Source of the DNA: Desulfatiglandales bacterium
GTDB lineage: Bacteria > Desulfobacterota > DSM-4660 > Desulfatiglandales > HGW-15
Assembly: GCA_041685835.1 (NCBI GenBank)
Contig: JAWLEX010000003.1
Coordinates: 1-54,146 of the forward strand
DNA: 54,146 nucleotides
Direction: 5' to 3'
The position numbers and the translations under genes were made by a program. This document shows positions 1 to 9,301 of the stretch, piece by piece; position 1 is the first letter of the stretch; each line of letters opens with the position of its first letter. The notes beneath the pieces were generated by a model. It saw only the letters and a program-made list of their open reading frames with translations, was not told the origin of the DNA and did not search any database.

Positions 1-68
1 AGGATCTGAATGATTTCGGCCAGGCTGATGAAATTGAGCGCTCCAGAAAGCGACGGCCTGCGCTGCAT
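1..68 (-). CDS. DUF4388/PATAN-like protein, first 22 codons only (runs off the window)
   Basis: Minus-strand ATG at 66-68 with AGGAGG 7 nt upstream. It reads MQRRPSLSGALNFISLAEIIQIL. The G-x-L-x-x-I-x-L-x-E-I-I-Q pattern is typical of DUF4388 N-termini. Too short to be sure. Confidence 0.4.
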   Translation of the reverse strand, partial: MQRRPSLSGALNFISLAEIIQI

Positions 69-208
69 TGTGAAACCTCCTGCTCAGCAAGATCAAGGGA
101 GATTTGATAAGCATTCCATCATGAAACATTATTCTCACTTTTCTCAGGATCTGCAAGACTCGTGCCTAAGACACTCCAGCAGGACAAAACATCACATGAA
201 CTATCCTG

Positions 209-384
209 GTTTCCATCCAGAAATGGTATTTTTTGCCAATCCCGGCGTCAATCTGCGAGGTTGCTTGTGCGGCGTACTTCAGTACGCCTCCGCGCAACCT
301 CTTGATCTCCTTGATCTTGACAAAAAATCCTCATTTCTGAATTGGAAACTTGCCAGTGCCCGAAAAGCGTTTCTGGATGGGCAC
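209..384 (+). mobile_element. 176-bp palindromic MITE-like repeat, copy 1 (intact)
   Basis: Starts GTTTCCATCCAGAAATGG and ends GCGTTTCTGGATGGGCAC, which are 17-18 bp imperfect terminal inverted repeats. By eye it differs at 4 of 176 positions from copy 5 and 9 of 176 from copy 6, with no indels. Flanks are TG (left) and TA (right). Confidence 0.8.
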
Positions 385-847
385 TATATAGCTAATCTTC
401 CACCGAAGAAGTACGGCCGGAATTTTACGGCCGCCGACTCCCTCTGTATGAAATGTCATACTTGAATATACTTTTGTGCACGCATTTCCACACTTCGAGC
501 CTGAATACGCAACCAGGCGGCCGAACAACCCTTTGCGTTATGCTTCATGAAACGGGCTGCGCATGTCTGTGCCACATAACATACCTGTATCAATGGCTTT
601 TCCTTTAAGCAAAAGGGCCGGGCCGCCCCCTCACTTCAAAAAAGTATACAAGGGTGAAATTTTCTGGTAGACTTGGTATGTTTTCCTTCATTCCACTCTA
701 ACATGCTGTGAACCATACTGACATCCGGTGGGCTCGAGTCCGGGGACACCCGCTCGGATCGCCCTTCGGGTCGTCCGGCCTCATGGCTGCCTAGTCCTGT
801 TGTCGAGGCCGAAGCCCGGTACCGGTGTCAATTTTCCGAGGTTGAAC

Positions 848-2350
848 ATGAAAGCATCACATGAACAGAACGATTTCACTGTTGACCGGCTCCAGGAGAT
901 CACTACTTGGGTCTCCTCGGTCCTGGACCTGGACCAGCTCCTCGAACTCATCATCAACACGGCGACCACAATGATGCGGGCCAAGGCAAGCTCCCTTCTC
1001 CTCCTGGACCACAAGACCAACAGACTCTATTTCAAGGTCGCTACGGGCGAAAAAAAAGAGGAGATTCGCAAGTTCGAAATCAACCTGGGCCAGGGAATCG
1101 CAGGCCATGTCGCGCTGACCGGTGAACCGCTCCTGATTCCGGACGTCAGAAAAGATGACCGATGGTATAAGAAAATCAGCGAATCAATTGGGTTCGAGAC
1201 GAGATCCATTGCCTGTGTACCCATGAAAGTAGACAAGGAAATCATCGGTGTCGTAGAAATCATCGACAAGGAAGACGGCAGTGAGATTCAGGACAAGGAC
1301 ATGCATACCCTGACAGCTTTCGCAGCGCTCGCCTCAATGGCCGTCGGCAATGCAAGGAAGATTCAGAATGTCGAACGCGAGAACCGGGACCTCCGGCAGG
1401 AGCTGGACAGCCGGTATGCTATTGTCGGTGAAAGCCACGGCCTTATGAAAGTCATCTCCGATGCGTTCAAGGTGGCCAATTCCAAGACCAGCACCCTGAT
1501 TATGGGTGAAAGCGGGACGGGGAAGGAACTGCTGGCCCGCCTCATTCACAACGCCGGACCAAGAAAGAACAAGCCCATGATTACCCTTAACTGCGCAGCC
1601 CTTCCTGAGAGCCTTATGGAGGCGGAATTGTTCGGGTATGAAAAAGGGGCCTTTACAGGGGCCGTTGATCGCAAGCCCGGCAAGATAGAGGCGGCTGACG
1701 AGGGAACACTTTTTCTTGACGAGATCGGGGAGATGTCTCCGGGAATGCAGGCCAAGGTGCTCAGGGTCCTTCAGGAAGGGGTGTTTTACCGCGTGGGCGG
1801 TAATGTCCCCATCTCCGTGGATATCCGGATTATTTCCGCCACCAACCGTGAGATCGACCGGGATGTCGCGGATGGAAGCTTTCGAGAAGACCTGTTCTAC
1901 CGCCTCGACGTAGTGCGCATTCGCGTTCCCCCGCTCAGGGAACGGAGAGAAGACATTGCCCCCATCGCAAGCCATTACCTCGAACAGTTCAAGCACGAAC
2001 GGGGACACCATGACATGACAATCTCGAAGGCCGCCATGGACCGCATACTCCAGTACGACTGGCCTGGAAATGTCCGCGAACTCCGCAACGCCGTCGAACG
2101 GGCCGTGGTCATGGGAAACGATCACGAGATCCTTCCGGAGGATCTGCCCATTGTTTCCACACGACGCGAATCCCCGGCCACATCCGTCGGCCTGACCCTC
2201 AAGGAAGCCATGGACCGATTCAAGAAAGAGCTGATCATCGCAAACCTTCGGCACACCGGAGGAAGCCGTGCCCGGGCATCCAAGATGCTGGGTATACAAC
2301 GCACCTACCTGTCCCGTCTCATATCACGATACGGAATTCAGGATGTCTGA
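848..2350 (+). CDS. sigma-54-dependent transcriptional activator (GAF sensor, AAA+ domain, Fis-type HTH)
   Basis: N-terminal GAF-like region, Walker A GESGTGKE, the sigma-54 contact motif GAFTGA (GYEKGAFTGA) and a C-terminal HTH (ASKMLGIQRTYLSRL). Start set at ATG 848 (MKASHEQ); the longest ORF begins at 728. Confidence 0.9.
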   Translation: MKASHEQNDFTVDRLQEITTWVSSVLDLDQLLELIINTATTMMRAKASSLLLLDHKTNRLYFKVATGEKKEEIRKFEINLGQGIAGHVALTGEPLLIPDVRKDDRWYKKISESIGFETRSIACVPMKVDKEIIGVVEIIDKEDGSEIQDKDMHTLTAFAALASMAVGNARKIQNVERENRDLRQELDSRYAIVGESHGLMKVISDAFKVANSKTSTLIMGESGTGKELLARLIHNAGPRKNKPMITLNCAALPESLMEAELFGYEKGAFTGAVDRKPGKIEAADEGTLFLDEIGEMSPGMQAKVLRVLQEGVFYRVGGNVPISVDIRIISATNREIDRDVADGSFREDLFYRLDVVRIRVPPLRERREDIAPIASHYLEQFKHERGHHDMTISKAAMDRILQYDWPGNVRELRNAVERAVVMGNDHEILPEDLPIVSTRRESPATSVGLTLKEAMDRFKKELIIANLRHTGGSRARASKMLGIQRTYLSRLISRYGIQDV

Positions 2351-2539
2351 GGGTTCAGGAAGATGGGCGGCTGGACCCCTGGTTCGGGGCTGTGCGGCGC
2401 CCTTTGTAGTAAGCATGATCGCCAAGAAAGAGGTAAGAGGAAAGGCCTGCGCTCATTAAGCGCTTTGATCGCCGCCGTGCAGTCTCCGAATAGAAATAAT
2501 GCAAGCGTGCGAAGTCCAGGCGAAAGAAAGTGAGTGCGG

Positions 2540-3208
2540 TCAGCCGGTTTTATCCAGGATGTCCTGTAAGGACATCGAGAGCCCCATATCCGCCGGGGAA
2601 CCGCCCTTCTCCGTTGAGATATCCACATCATTCCACCCGAGCATCTCATAAACGGCCTTTTCGGGTGGGAGGTCTTCCAGTCGTGCATCCACAAGCCGGC
2701 CGTCTCGGAAGAACATGATTCCCTCCCTGCGGGAGGAGCGCTCCAGCAGGCTCACCCTGCACGTCATTTTTTCCAGATCAATCAACCGGAGAAAGAAGGG
2801 GACTTTTATCTTCCTCAGCCCACCGTCTTTCCCCCGGCCTTCTTCTCCAAGATTGGCGATGATCCTTTGAGCCAGCTCTTCAAACTTAAAGGGCTTTTCA
2901 ATGTAGTCGGCAACTCCTATCTTCCATGCCATTCGCTCCATCACGGGGTGACGGTGGCCGGTCATAATGATCACTGGTATTCCGGGAAAGTCGGAACGTA
3001 TGTGCACAAGGAGGCTGAAGCCGTCCATTTTCGGCATTATAAGGTCGGTTACCACGAGTGCGATATCGTTCTCTCTCAGGATCTCCAGGGCGGCTTCCCC
3101 ATCTCCGGCCACCAGCACGGAGAAGACCTTACTATAGTGCTCAAGGGCCTTCCGAAGGACATCGAGCATCTCGCTTTCATCATCAACTATAAGGACTGCC
3201 TTGGACAA
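2540..3208 (-). CDS. response regulator receiver domain fused to a DUF4388 (PATAN-like) domain
   Basis: REC motifs VLIVDDE ... VVTDLIMPKMDG ... IIMTGH, then C-terminal FFLRLIDLEKMTCRVSL ... FFRDGRLVDA typical of DUF4388. Start placed at TTG 3208 (GGGAGGA 4-5 nt upstream, giving MSKAVLIVDD). The longest ORF runs to a GTG at 3298. Confidence 0.7.
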   Translation of the reverse strand: MSKAVLIVDDESEMLDVLRKALEHYSKVFSVLVAGDGEAALEILRENDIALVVTDLIMPKMDGFSLLVHIRSDFPGIPVIIMTGHRHPVMERMAWKIGVADYIEKPFKFEELAQRIIANLGEEGRGKDGGLRKIKVPFFLRLIDLEKMTCRVSLLERSSRREGIMFFRDGRLVDARLEDLPPEKAVYEMLGWNDVDISTEKGGSPADMGLSMSLQDILDKTG

Positions 3209-3440
3209 GTTTTCCTCCCATTGAGAGCTCCGGAACGTTCGTAAATATCGGTCCGGGAGAGACGTTATGATTTCCGTTTCCTGGTTCTTATTTTGCACAT
3301 AGTAATCAAACAGGCAATATTATTTTACTAAATCGGCAAAATCATGAATCTTCCAGCGCGGGCCGTGGCCCGCAACTCAAGAGCGCTGCAGCAGGCGGAG
3401 GAGGCCGGGGCTTTCCTCCGCTCCCTCCGCTCCCGGCCTG

Positions 3441-3462
3441 GTCACGGTAAAGTCACGGTAAA
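3441..3462 (+). repeat. perfect tandem direct repeat, 2 x GTCACGGTAAA, abutting the thi promoter -35 box
   Basis: GTCACGGTAAA at 3441-3451 and again at 3452-3462, followed by GTCCATTGACA. The 11-bp period equals one helical turn. Confidence 0.6.
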
Positions 3463-3467
3463 GTCCA

Positions 3468-3496
3468 TTGACACGCCTGGGTGATCCTCCTATGAT
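3468..3496 (+). promoter_or_regulatory. sigma-70-type promoter for the TPP riboswitch and thi4
   Basis: TTGACA (3468-3473), 17-nt spacer, TATGAT (3491-3496), located about 40 nt upstream of the riboswitch P1 stem. Confidence 0.55.
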
Positions 3497-3535
3497 CACT
3501 ATTGGTCCCAATGCCTGAGTGCACCGGGACCGGTT

Positions 3536-3627
3536 CCGTTGGGGGTGCCACGCCTCGGCGTGGGCTGAGAGTCCGCTTCAGGACACCCTTTGAACCTGAT
3601 CAGGGTAATGCCTGCGAAGGGAAACGG
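3536..3627 (+). promoter_or_regulatory. TPP (THI-box) riboswitch aptamer
   Basis: P1 is CCGTT (3536-3540) paired with AACGG (3623-3627). The core GGGGTGCC...GGGCTGAGAG...ACCCTTTGAACCTGATCAGGGTAATGCCTGCGAAGGGAA matches the conserved THI element (CUGAGA and ACCUGAUC..GG.UAAUGCC.GCG). It lies directly upstream of a thiazole synthase gene. Confidence 0.85.
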
Positions 3628-3655
3628 AGGCGTGAAGAGGACCTTCCTCCTCCCC

Positions 3656-3690
3656 GCCGCTTTCTCCGCAGGAAAGCGGCTTTTTTCTTT
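3656..3690 (+). terminator. intrinsic terminator forming the riboswitch expression platform
   Basis: Stem GCCGCTTTC (3656-3664) paired with GAAAGCGGC (3672-3680), 7-nt loop, then TTTTTTCTTT. The CCTTCCTCCTCC run at 3643-3654 is also complementary to the thi4 SD GAGGAGGA. Confidence 0.7.
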
Positions 3691-3709
3691 ACAACAGAGG
3701 AGGATCATT

Positions 3710-4531
3710 ATGGAATTGAACGAGGTTGTCATCACCAGGGCGATTATTGAAAAATACATGGACAAGTTGCTGTCACACCTGGAGACAGATGTGGCCATTG
3801 TCGGTGGGGGACCTTCGGGCCTCATAGCGGGATACGAGTTGGCAAAGGCCGGAAAGAAGGTGGCCCTTTTCGAACGAAAGCTCAGTATCGGCGGGGGCGT
3901 ATGGGGGGGCGGCATGATGTTCAATGAAATCGTTGTCCAGGAGGAAGCCCGCCACATCCTCGACGAGCTCGGGATCCGCCACCACCGGGTTCAGGAGCAA
4001 TACTACGTCTCCGACGCAGTTGAAACGGCATCCACCCTTACATCCCGCGCAGTGCAGGCCGGCCTCACCGTGTTCAACTGTATAACTGTCGAGGACGTGC
4101 TCATGCGGGAGGATCGCATCCTGGGGCTGGTTATCAACTGGGCGCCCGTGGACATGGCCGGCCTTCACATCGATCCGCTCACCGTGAGAAGCGCTTTTGT
4201 CATCGACGCCACAGGTCACGCCACCGAGATCGTGCGCGTGGTCCAGGACAAGGTTCCGGGCCGCCTGCTTACCCCCACGGGCAAAGTGGAGGGGGAAAAA
4301 TCCATGTGGTCGGATCGGGCCGAGAGCCTGACACTGGAAAACACCCGGGAGGCCTTTCCAGGCCTAATGGTGGCCGGCATGGCGGCCAACGCGACCTTCG
4401 GAGGCCCCAGAATGGGGCCCATTTTCGGAGGCATGCTCCTTTCGGGGGTCAAGGCCGCCGGCCTGATCCTCGAACGCCTCGCCCTGGACCCTTCAGAACC
4501 GGCCACGGACAGCGGTCCTTCACGTATATGA
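3710..4531 (+). CDS. thi4: thiazole synthase, Thi4 family (sulfide-dependent ADP-thiazole synthase type)
   Basis: FAD/NAD fold motif [11 protein letters not shown] and the Thi4-like segment IDATGHATE, which carries His rather than the suicide Cys of yeast Thi4. ATG 3710 follows the SD AGAGGAGGA. Sits downstream of the TPP riboswitch. Confidence 0.85.
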   Translation: MELNEVVITRAIIEKYMDKLLSHLETDVAIVGGGPSGLIAGYELAKAGKKVALFERKLSIGGGVWGGGMMFNEIVVQEEARHILDELGIRHHRVQEQYYVSDAVETASTLTSRAVQAGLTVFNCITVEDVLMREDRILGLVINWAPVDMAGLHIDPLTVRSAFVIDATGHATEIVRVVQDKVPGRLLTPTGKVEGEKSMWSDRAESLTLENTREAFPGLMVAGMAANATFGGPRMGPIFGGMLLSGVKAAGLILERLALDPSEPATDSGPSRI

Positions 4532-4562
4532 ACAGGGAGCACACTCACCAGGGGGTTCAATC

Positions 4563-5477
4563 ATGAAGCCGATTCAGGACGTCTCGATCATCGGCGCCGG
4601 GGCCATGGGCGCGTTCTATGCAAGCCGTTTCTCTAACCTCGACGGCGTGACCGTTTCCCTGGTTGCGGACGGTGACCGCTGCGACAGGCTCCGGGCGGAA
4701 GGCATAATCGTAAACGGCCGCCGTTACGCCATACCGGTGATACGGCCCGGTGACGACGAACCCCCTTCGGACCTGGTCCTGGTGGCGGTAAAAAGCCTTC
4801 ACCTGGATCAGGCGCTTCGGGACTTGGAAGGCCGTGTGGGGAATCACACTATTCTCCTCTCGGTCATGAACGGCATTGACAGTGAAGAGCGGCTGGGCGC
4901 GGCATTCGGCATGGACAAGGTCCTGTATGCAATTGCACTGGGGATCGACAGCGTTCGTAATAAAAACCATGTAAACTACACGAACCCGGGGGTGATACAG
5001 TTCGGTGAGGTGGAAAATTCCAAGATCACGGAACGGGTTGTCCGTGTGCAGGAACTGTTCGACCGGGCCGGGGTTCACTGGGAGACTCCCCTGGACATGA
5101 TCCGCACCCTCTGGTGGAAGTTCATGATCAACGTGGGCGTCAATCAGGTATCGGCGGTGCTCAGGGTTCCTTACGGTGTATTCCAGCGCTCGAGAGAGGC
5201 AGTGGAACTCATGGAATGGGCCATGCGTGAAGTGATAGGCGTAGCGGAAAAAGAGGGTGTGGCCCTGACCCTCGAGGACATCGAGAAATGGAAGGCCGTG
5301 CTAAGGACCCTGGGCCCTGAAGGCAAGACGTCCATGCTCCAGGATGTGGAGGCCGGAAGGAAGACCGAAATTGACATCTTTGCCGGCAAGGTCATTCAAC
5401 TTGGAGAAACCCACCGGGTTCCCGTCCCTGTCAACCGGGTGTTGTTCAATATGATCAGGGTCGCGGAGGAGCGTTGA
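4563..5477 (+). CDS. panE: 2-dehydropantoate 2-reductase (PanE/ApbA family)
   Basis: N-terminal Rossmann motif IIGAGAMGAFYA, about 300 aa, and a C-terminal ApbA_C-like region ending TEIDIFAGKVIQLG. Confidence 0.75.
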   Translation: MKPIQDVSIIGAGAMGAFYASRFSNLDGVTVSLVADGDRCDRLRAEGIIVNGRRYAIPVIRPGDDEPPSDLVLVAVKSLHLDQALRDLEGRVGNHTILLSVMNGIDSEERLGAAFGMDKVLYAIALGIDSVRNKNHVNYTNPGVIQFGEVENSKITERVVRVQELFDRAGVHWETPLDMIRTLWWKFMINVGVNQVSAVLRVPYGVFQRSREAVELMEWAMREVIGVAEKEGVALTLEDIEKWKAVLRTLGPEGKTSMLQDVEAGRKTEIDIFAGKVIQLGETHRVPVPVNRVLFNMIRVAEER

Positions 5478-5481
5478 GCCC

Positions 5482-6378
5482 TCAGAAACGCGCTGCAAGC
5501 CGTTCGAACCGCTCATCAACCTGTTGCTGTGCCGCTTCCATGTCCTCGTCGGCCATGCGCTTGAACCGCCCCTGCATACTCAGGTAGTCCCGGACCGGAA
5601 TGACCTCGTCCGGCACGACGGTCTGCCTGAACCGCAGGCCGTTCTCCACTTCCAAGAGAGGAAAAAGGTTGCACTGCACGGCCCTGCGCATGATTTCAAT
5701 GGAGAGATTGTCCGGGGTTCGCCAACCCGCCGGGCATGCCGCAAGGATACGGATGAACCGCGTGCCCTTGATGCCCCTCGCCTTCCTGAACTTGGCTATG
5801 AGGTCGTGAGGGTATGCGGCCGTTGCCGTAGCGAGATACGGGATCCTGTGGGCTATCATGATCTCGTCGATATCCTTCTTGGGCTCGGACTTGGCGCCTA
5901 TGCCGGGAGTCGTGGTGGTCCAGGCCCCGTGAGGAGTACCGCTGGAACGCTGTACGCCGGTGTTCATGTAAGCCTCGTTGTCGTAGCAGACGTAGATTAC
6001 GTCCTCGTTCCGCTCGGCGGCGCCTGAAAGGGCCTGAATGCCGATGTCGTAAGTGCCCCCGTCTCCTGCCCAGCCCACTACGCAGATCTCATCCATGCCC
6101 CGGCGCCGGTAGGCCGCCTTCACACCGGAAATGGTTGCACCCGTGGTCTCGAAAGCGGTCTGGAAAACAGGCACCTCCATGGCGGTAAACGGCCAAGCCC
6201 CTGGAATGATCGTCCAGCAGCACGCCGGTATCACGATAACAGTAGGTTTGCCAAGGCCCTTAAGGGCCAGACGCATGGAAAGGGAAGCACCGCAGCCGGA
6301 ACAGGCCACGTGGCCCGAGGTCATTAACTCGTGTTCAGGGATTTCGGTGTTGTCAAACCTCTGATTCAGGCTCTGCAT
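5482..6378 (-). CDS. 2-oxoacid:ferredoxin oxidoreductase, beta (TPP-binding) subunit
   Basis: CSGCG near the N-terminus and the TPP-binding motif GDGGTYDIG...NEAYMNTG. SD AGGAG lies 7 nt upstream of ATG 6378. Overlaps the end of the alpha subunit gene. Confidence 0.85.
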   Translation of the reverse strand: MQSLNQRFDNTEIPEHELMTSGHVACSGCGASLSMRLALKGLGKPTVIVIPACCWTIIPGAWPFTAMEVPVFQTAFETTGATISGVKAAYRRRGMDEICVVGWAGDGGTYDIGIQALSGAAERNEDVIYVCYDNEAYMNTGVQRSSGTPHGAWTTTTPGIGAKSEPKKDIDEIMIAHRIPYLATATAAYPHDLIAKFRKARGIKGTRFIRILAACPAGWRTPDNLSIEIMRRAVQCNLFPLLEVENGLRFRQTVVPDEVIPVRDYLSMQGRFKRMADEDMEAAQQQVDERFERLAARF

Positions 6379-7537
6379 ACAGGACTCCTATCCAGATGTC
6401 CCGGTCTTCGGGCACATCGGCGGAAGCGGTCCTATCAAACACCTCTTCAAAAGTACGGACGCTGATGTCCCGCCCTCCCAGGCCGGAGATGTAATCAAAG
6501 ACAGGGGGCCGCTCGTTATCGGGCAGATCATAGAGTGCGGTCTTGATTTCCTGTCCCCAGACCCCCTGCCCCCCCGGCGAAAAGTTGCGGTCGATCACGG
6601 CCACCTTTTTCTTTCCTCGAAGGGCGCCGATTACAAGTTCCACCGGAAAGGGCCGCAGCGTCTTGATCTTGACCATTCCGGCCCGCTTTCCCCGTGCCCG
6701 CATGGTTTCCACGGCCACCCGGCCGGTGGAGGCGACGGTGCCGGTGCAGACGAAAACAACGTCCGCGTCCTCAGTCTCCACACTCTCCACCTGGCTGTAC
6801 AGTCTCCCGAAGCTTCTTTCGAACGTCTCGTGGACCCCCGTAATAACGCCCTTGGCCGTTTCCATATCGCGCTGTACCAGCCACCGGAATTCCATGTAGG
6901 CGTTCGGCATCACGATTGAGCCGAAGGTTCGGGGGTTGTCAGGGTCGAGCCACAGGTCCAAGGGGTCGAAAGGGGGAAGAAAGGCCCTGACCTCTTCGGC
7001 CTCCGGTATGTCTACAGGCTCGCTCGTGTGTGAGAGAAAGAAGGCGTCCGATACGACCATCACCGGGAGGCGCACGCTTTCGGCGATCCGGAACGCCATG
7101 AGGGTTGTGTCCAGGACCTCCTGGTTGTTTTCGCAGTAAAGCTGAATCCATCCCGTTTCCCGCTGGGAAACGGAATCCGTCTGATCACTCCAGATGGACC
7201 AGGGAGCGGCCCCGGCGCGGTTAACGTTCGCAAGGACCAGGGGCACGCGGGCCCCGGATGCGTAATGGAGCATCTCGTGCATCAGAAAGAGCCCCTGGCC
7301 GGATGTGGCTGTGAACGCGCGGACACCACCCATGGACGCCCCGATGCAGGCGGACAAGGCCGAGTGCTCGGACTCAGCCCGAATGAATTCAAAATCGGCC
7401 GTCCCTTTTGCCTGCATGTCCGCCAGGGTCTCGATGATCGAGGTCTGGGGGGTAATGGGATAGGCCGCCACCACCTCCACATCCGACAGCCGAACCGCAT
7501 AGGCGACAGCCTGATTTCCCGTCAGGACCTTTCTCAT
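6353..7537 (-). CDS. 2-oxoacid:ferredoxin oxidoreductase, alpha subunit
   Basis: The N-terminus LTGNQAVAYAV...AAYPITPQT is typical of PorA/VorA/KorA. SD GAGGAG lies upstream. Confidence 0.85.
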   Translation of the reverse strand: MRKVLTGNQAVAYAVRLSDVEVVAAYPITPQTSIIETLADMQAKGTADFEFIRAESEHSALSACIGASMGGVRAFTATSGQGLFLMHEMLHYASGARVPLVLANVNRAGAAPWSIWSDQTDSVSQRETGWIQLYCENNQEVLDTTLMAFRIAESVRLPVMVVSDAFFLSHTSEPVDIPEAEEVRAFLPPFDPLDLWLDPDNPRTFGSIVMPNAYMEFRWLVQRDMETAKGVITGVHETFERSFGRLYSQVESVETEDADVVFVCTGTVASTGRVAVETMRARGKRAGMVKIKTLRPFPVELVIGALRGKKKVAVIDRNFSPGGQGVWGQEIKTALYDLPDNERPPVFDYISGLGGRDISVRTFEEVFDRTASADVPEDRDIWIGVLYAEPESEV

Positions 7538-7542
7538 GAAAA

Positions 7543-9285
7543 TTACTCCTCAAAGGAAATAGTCATCGCGCCCCGGGGGCACTCCTGTACGCAGATACCG
7601 CAGCCCTTGCAATAGTCCAGGTCAACTGTGTACCCGAACCCTCCTGGATCGGCACGAATGGACAGATCCGGGCAGAAGATGTAGCAGTTTCCACAGGAGG
7701 TGCACACCCCGCAGTTGAAGCATCGCAGCGCTTCAGCGAGTGCCTCCTTCTCGGACGGCCCCTTTACGACCTCGTCGAAACCGCAAATCCGGTCTTCCGC
7801 CCGAAGCTCCTTCGATTGCAGGGCCGGGCGGTGATCGAAGTAAAAGGAGTTCAGGCCTTCGTATTCCACGATCTCCGGAACCGGGTTTCGCCTGGTTAAA
7901 GGCGCCGGGTCACCCATAGACCCAAAAGAGATGTTTCCTGTGTCCCCCCAACGGAACGGCGCAGCAATGCGAAAGGAATCCCCTTCCCTCAGGTAGGCGT
8001 CAATGGCGGCGGCCGCCCGTTTACCCGAACCGATGGCGTGGGTGACCGTCCGCGATATGGGAGCGAGATCACCTCCCACAAAGACATCGGGGAGGTTCGT
8101 CCGGCCGAATTCGTCCGAAGCCACGCCACCACGCTCCAGCTTGAGTGTCTCCTCAAGAAGGCCCTTGTCAGGAGACTCGCCCAAGGCCGGGATCACAGCG
8201 GTACAGTCCAGGTCAAAGGTCCCGCCTGTAGATTCGGGCCGCCTTCTGCCCGAATCGTCCGGCTCTCCAAGCCGCATACGGGAAAGCCGGATCCCATTCA
8301 CCCGGCCCTCTCCCAGGATTTTCCCGGGGGCGGAAAGGAACTGGAACGACACTCCTTCGTCCCTTGCGGCGGCCACTTCCTCGGAGTGGGCGGGCATTTC
8401 GGCCTCTGTCCTGCGGTAGAGTACGCTAACCTCGGCTCCGAGCCGCCGGCATACCCTGGCACAATCTATGGCGCTGTTTCCTCCTCCTATGATCGCCACA
8501 TTCTTCCCGACGTCAGGAGGATTGCCTTTATTTATCGCCTCGAGGAAATCAAGCGCCCGAAAAACGCCTTCCAGGTCTTCTCCTTCCACGCCGAGGTCCG
8601 GCTTCCCGTGTGCGCCGATGCCCAGAAACACCGCATTATACTCCGCCCTCAGGCTATCCCATGCCAGGTCCCGGCCGAGAATGCGTCCAGGCTCGAATCG
8701 AATGCCCATGTTTTGGAGCCTCTGAATTTCTCCTTCGAGGACATCCACGGGCAGCCGATAGGCCGGGATACCGTACCGCATGAGTCCGCCGGGAAGGTCT
8801 CCCGCGTCGAAAACGACTACGTCGTGTCCCAGTCTCCTCAAGAAATAGGCGGTGCTCAACCCGGCCGGGCCGGCCCCCACAACGGCAACTGTCCTGCCGT
8901 CCGGTTCGGGCGGGGTCTCGATGCGAAAGCCCTGATCAAGGGCAAGGTCTCCCAGGAAACGCTCTACGATGTGGATGGATACGGACTCGTCGTGTTTTCC
9001 CCGATTGCAGCTGCGTTCGCAGGTGTGATAACAGACACGGCCCATGACGGCGGGAAACGGGTTTTCCCGCATTATCATTCGCCAGGCCTCTTCGTACCGC
9101 CCCAGACCGGCCAGGCACAGGATCCCGGCTATGTCTTCACCGGCCGGGCACTGCTGGTTGCATGGCGACACTCGATCCACAAAAACCGGGCGGGCGAACC
9201 GCCAGCTTCCTGTCTTGTTTTCCAGGGTGGATTGCGTGGAAACCGCGCAAAGGGGAGTTTGAGTCCTTCGGTCCACATATTTCAT
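7543..9285 (-). CDS. fusion protein: GltD-like NAD(P)H flavin oxidoreductase plus PorD-type 2x[4Fe-4S] ferredoxin
   Basis: N-terminal Cys clusters (CNQQCPAGEDI, CYHTCERSCNRG). Two dinucleotide-binding motifs (VAVVGAGPAGL and VAIIGGGNSAIDCA). C-terminal CFNCGVCTSCGNCYIFCP ... CKGCGICVQECP. Start set at ATG 9285 (MKYVD), 16 nt after the porG stop, with GAGGAAAG upstream. Confidence 0.8.
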   Translation of the reverse strand: MKYVDRRTQTPLCAVSTQSTLENKTGSWRFARPVFVDRVSPCNQQCPAGEDIAGILCLAGLGRYEEAWRMIMRENPFPAVMGRVCYHTCERSCNRGKHDESVSIHIVERFLGDLALDQGFRIETPPEPDGRTVAVVGAGPAGLSTAYFLRRLGHDVVVFDAGDLPGGLMRYGIPAYRLPVDVLEGEIQRLQNMGIRFEPGRILGRDLAWDSLRAEYNAVFLGIGAHGKPDLGVEGEDLEGVFRALDFLEAINKGNPPDVGKNVAIIGGGNSAIDCARVCRRLGAEVSVLYRRTEAEMPAHSEEVAAARDEGVSFQFLSAPGKILGEGRVNGIRLSRMRLGEPDDSGRRRPESTGGTFDLDCTAVIPALGESPDKGLLEETLKLERGGVASDEFGRTNLPDVFVGGDLAPISRTVTHAIGSGKRAAAAIDAYLREGDSFRIAAPFRWGDTGNISFGSMGDPAPLTRRNPVPEIVEYEGLNSFYFDHRPALQSKELRAEDRICGFDEVVKGPSEKEALAEALRCFNCGVCTSCGNCYIFCPDLSIRADPGGFGYTVDLDYCKGCGICVQECPRGAMTISFEE

Positions 9286-9301
9286 GCTTTCCTCATCAGG
9301 T

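Noticed and set aside
10-465. ORFs reading through the repeat copies encode a recurring peptide, MVFFANLGVNLRGCLCGVLQYASAQPLD.LDLDKKSSFLNWKLASA. They are 10-465, 37312-37503, 45477-45851, 47591-48076 and part of 46705-48195. This could suggest a conserved small protein.
   Set aside because: There is no SD before the ATG, which lies inside the terminal repeat. Of the 9 substitutions between copies 1 and 6, about 6 are non-synonymous, so there is no sign of purifying selection on the frame. The sequence is better explained as a palindromic non-coding element.
1334-2299. Long antisense or alternative-frame ORFs lie inside well-supported genes: 1334-2299, 8038-9414, 10281-11507, 38631-39527, 40419-41945 and 51482-53074.
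   Set aside because: They lie fully within genes that carry clear family motifs on the other strand or in another frame. Their composition is low-complexity and Arg/Gly/Pro-rich, typical of shadow ORFs in GC-rich DNA.
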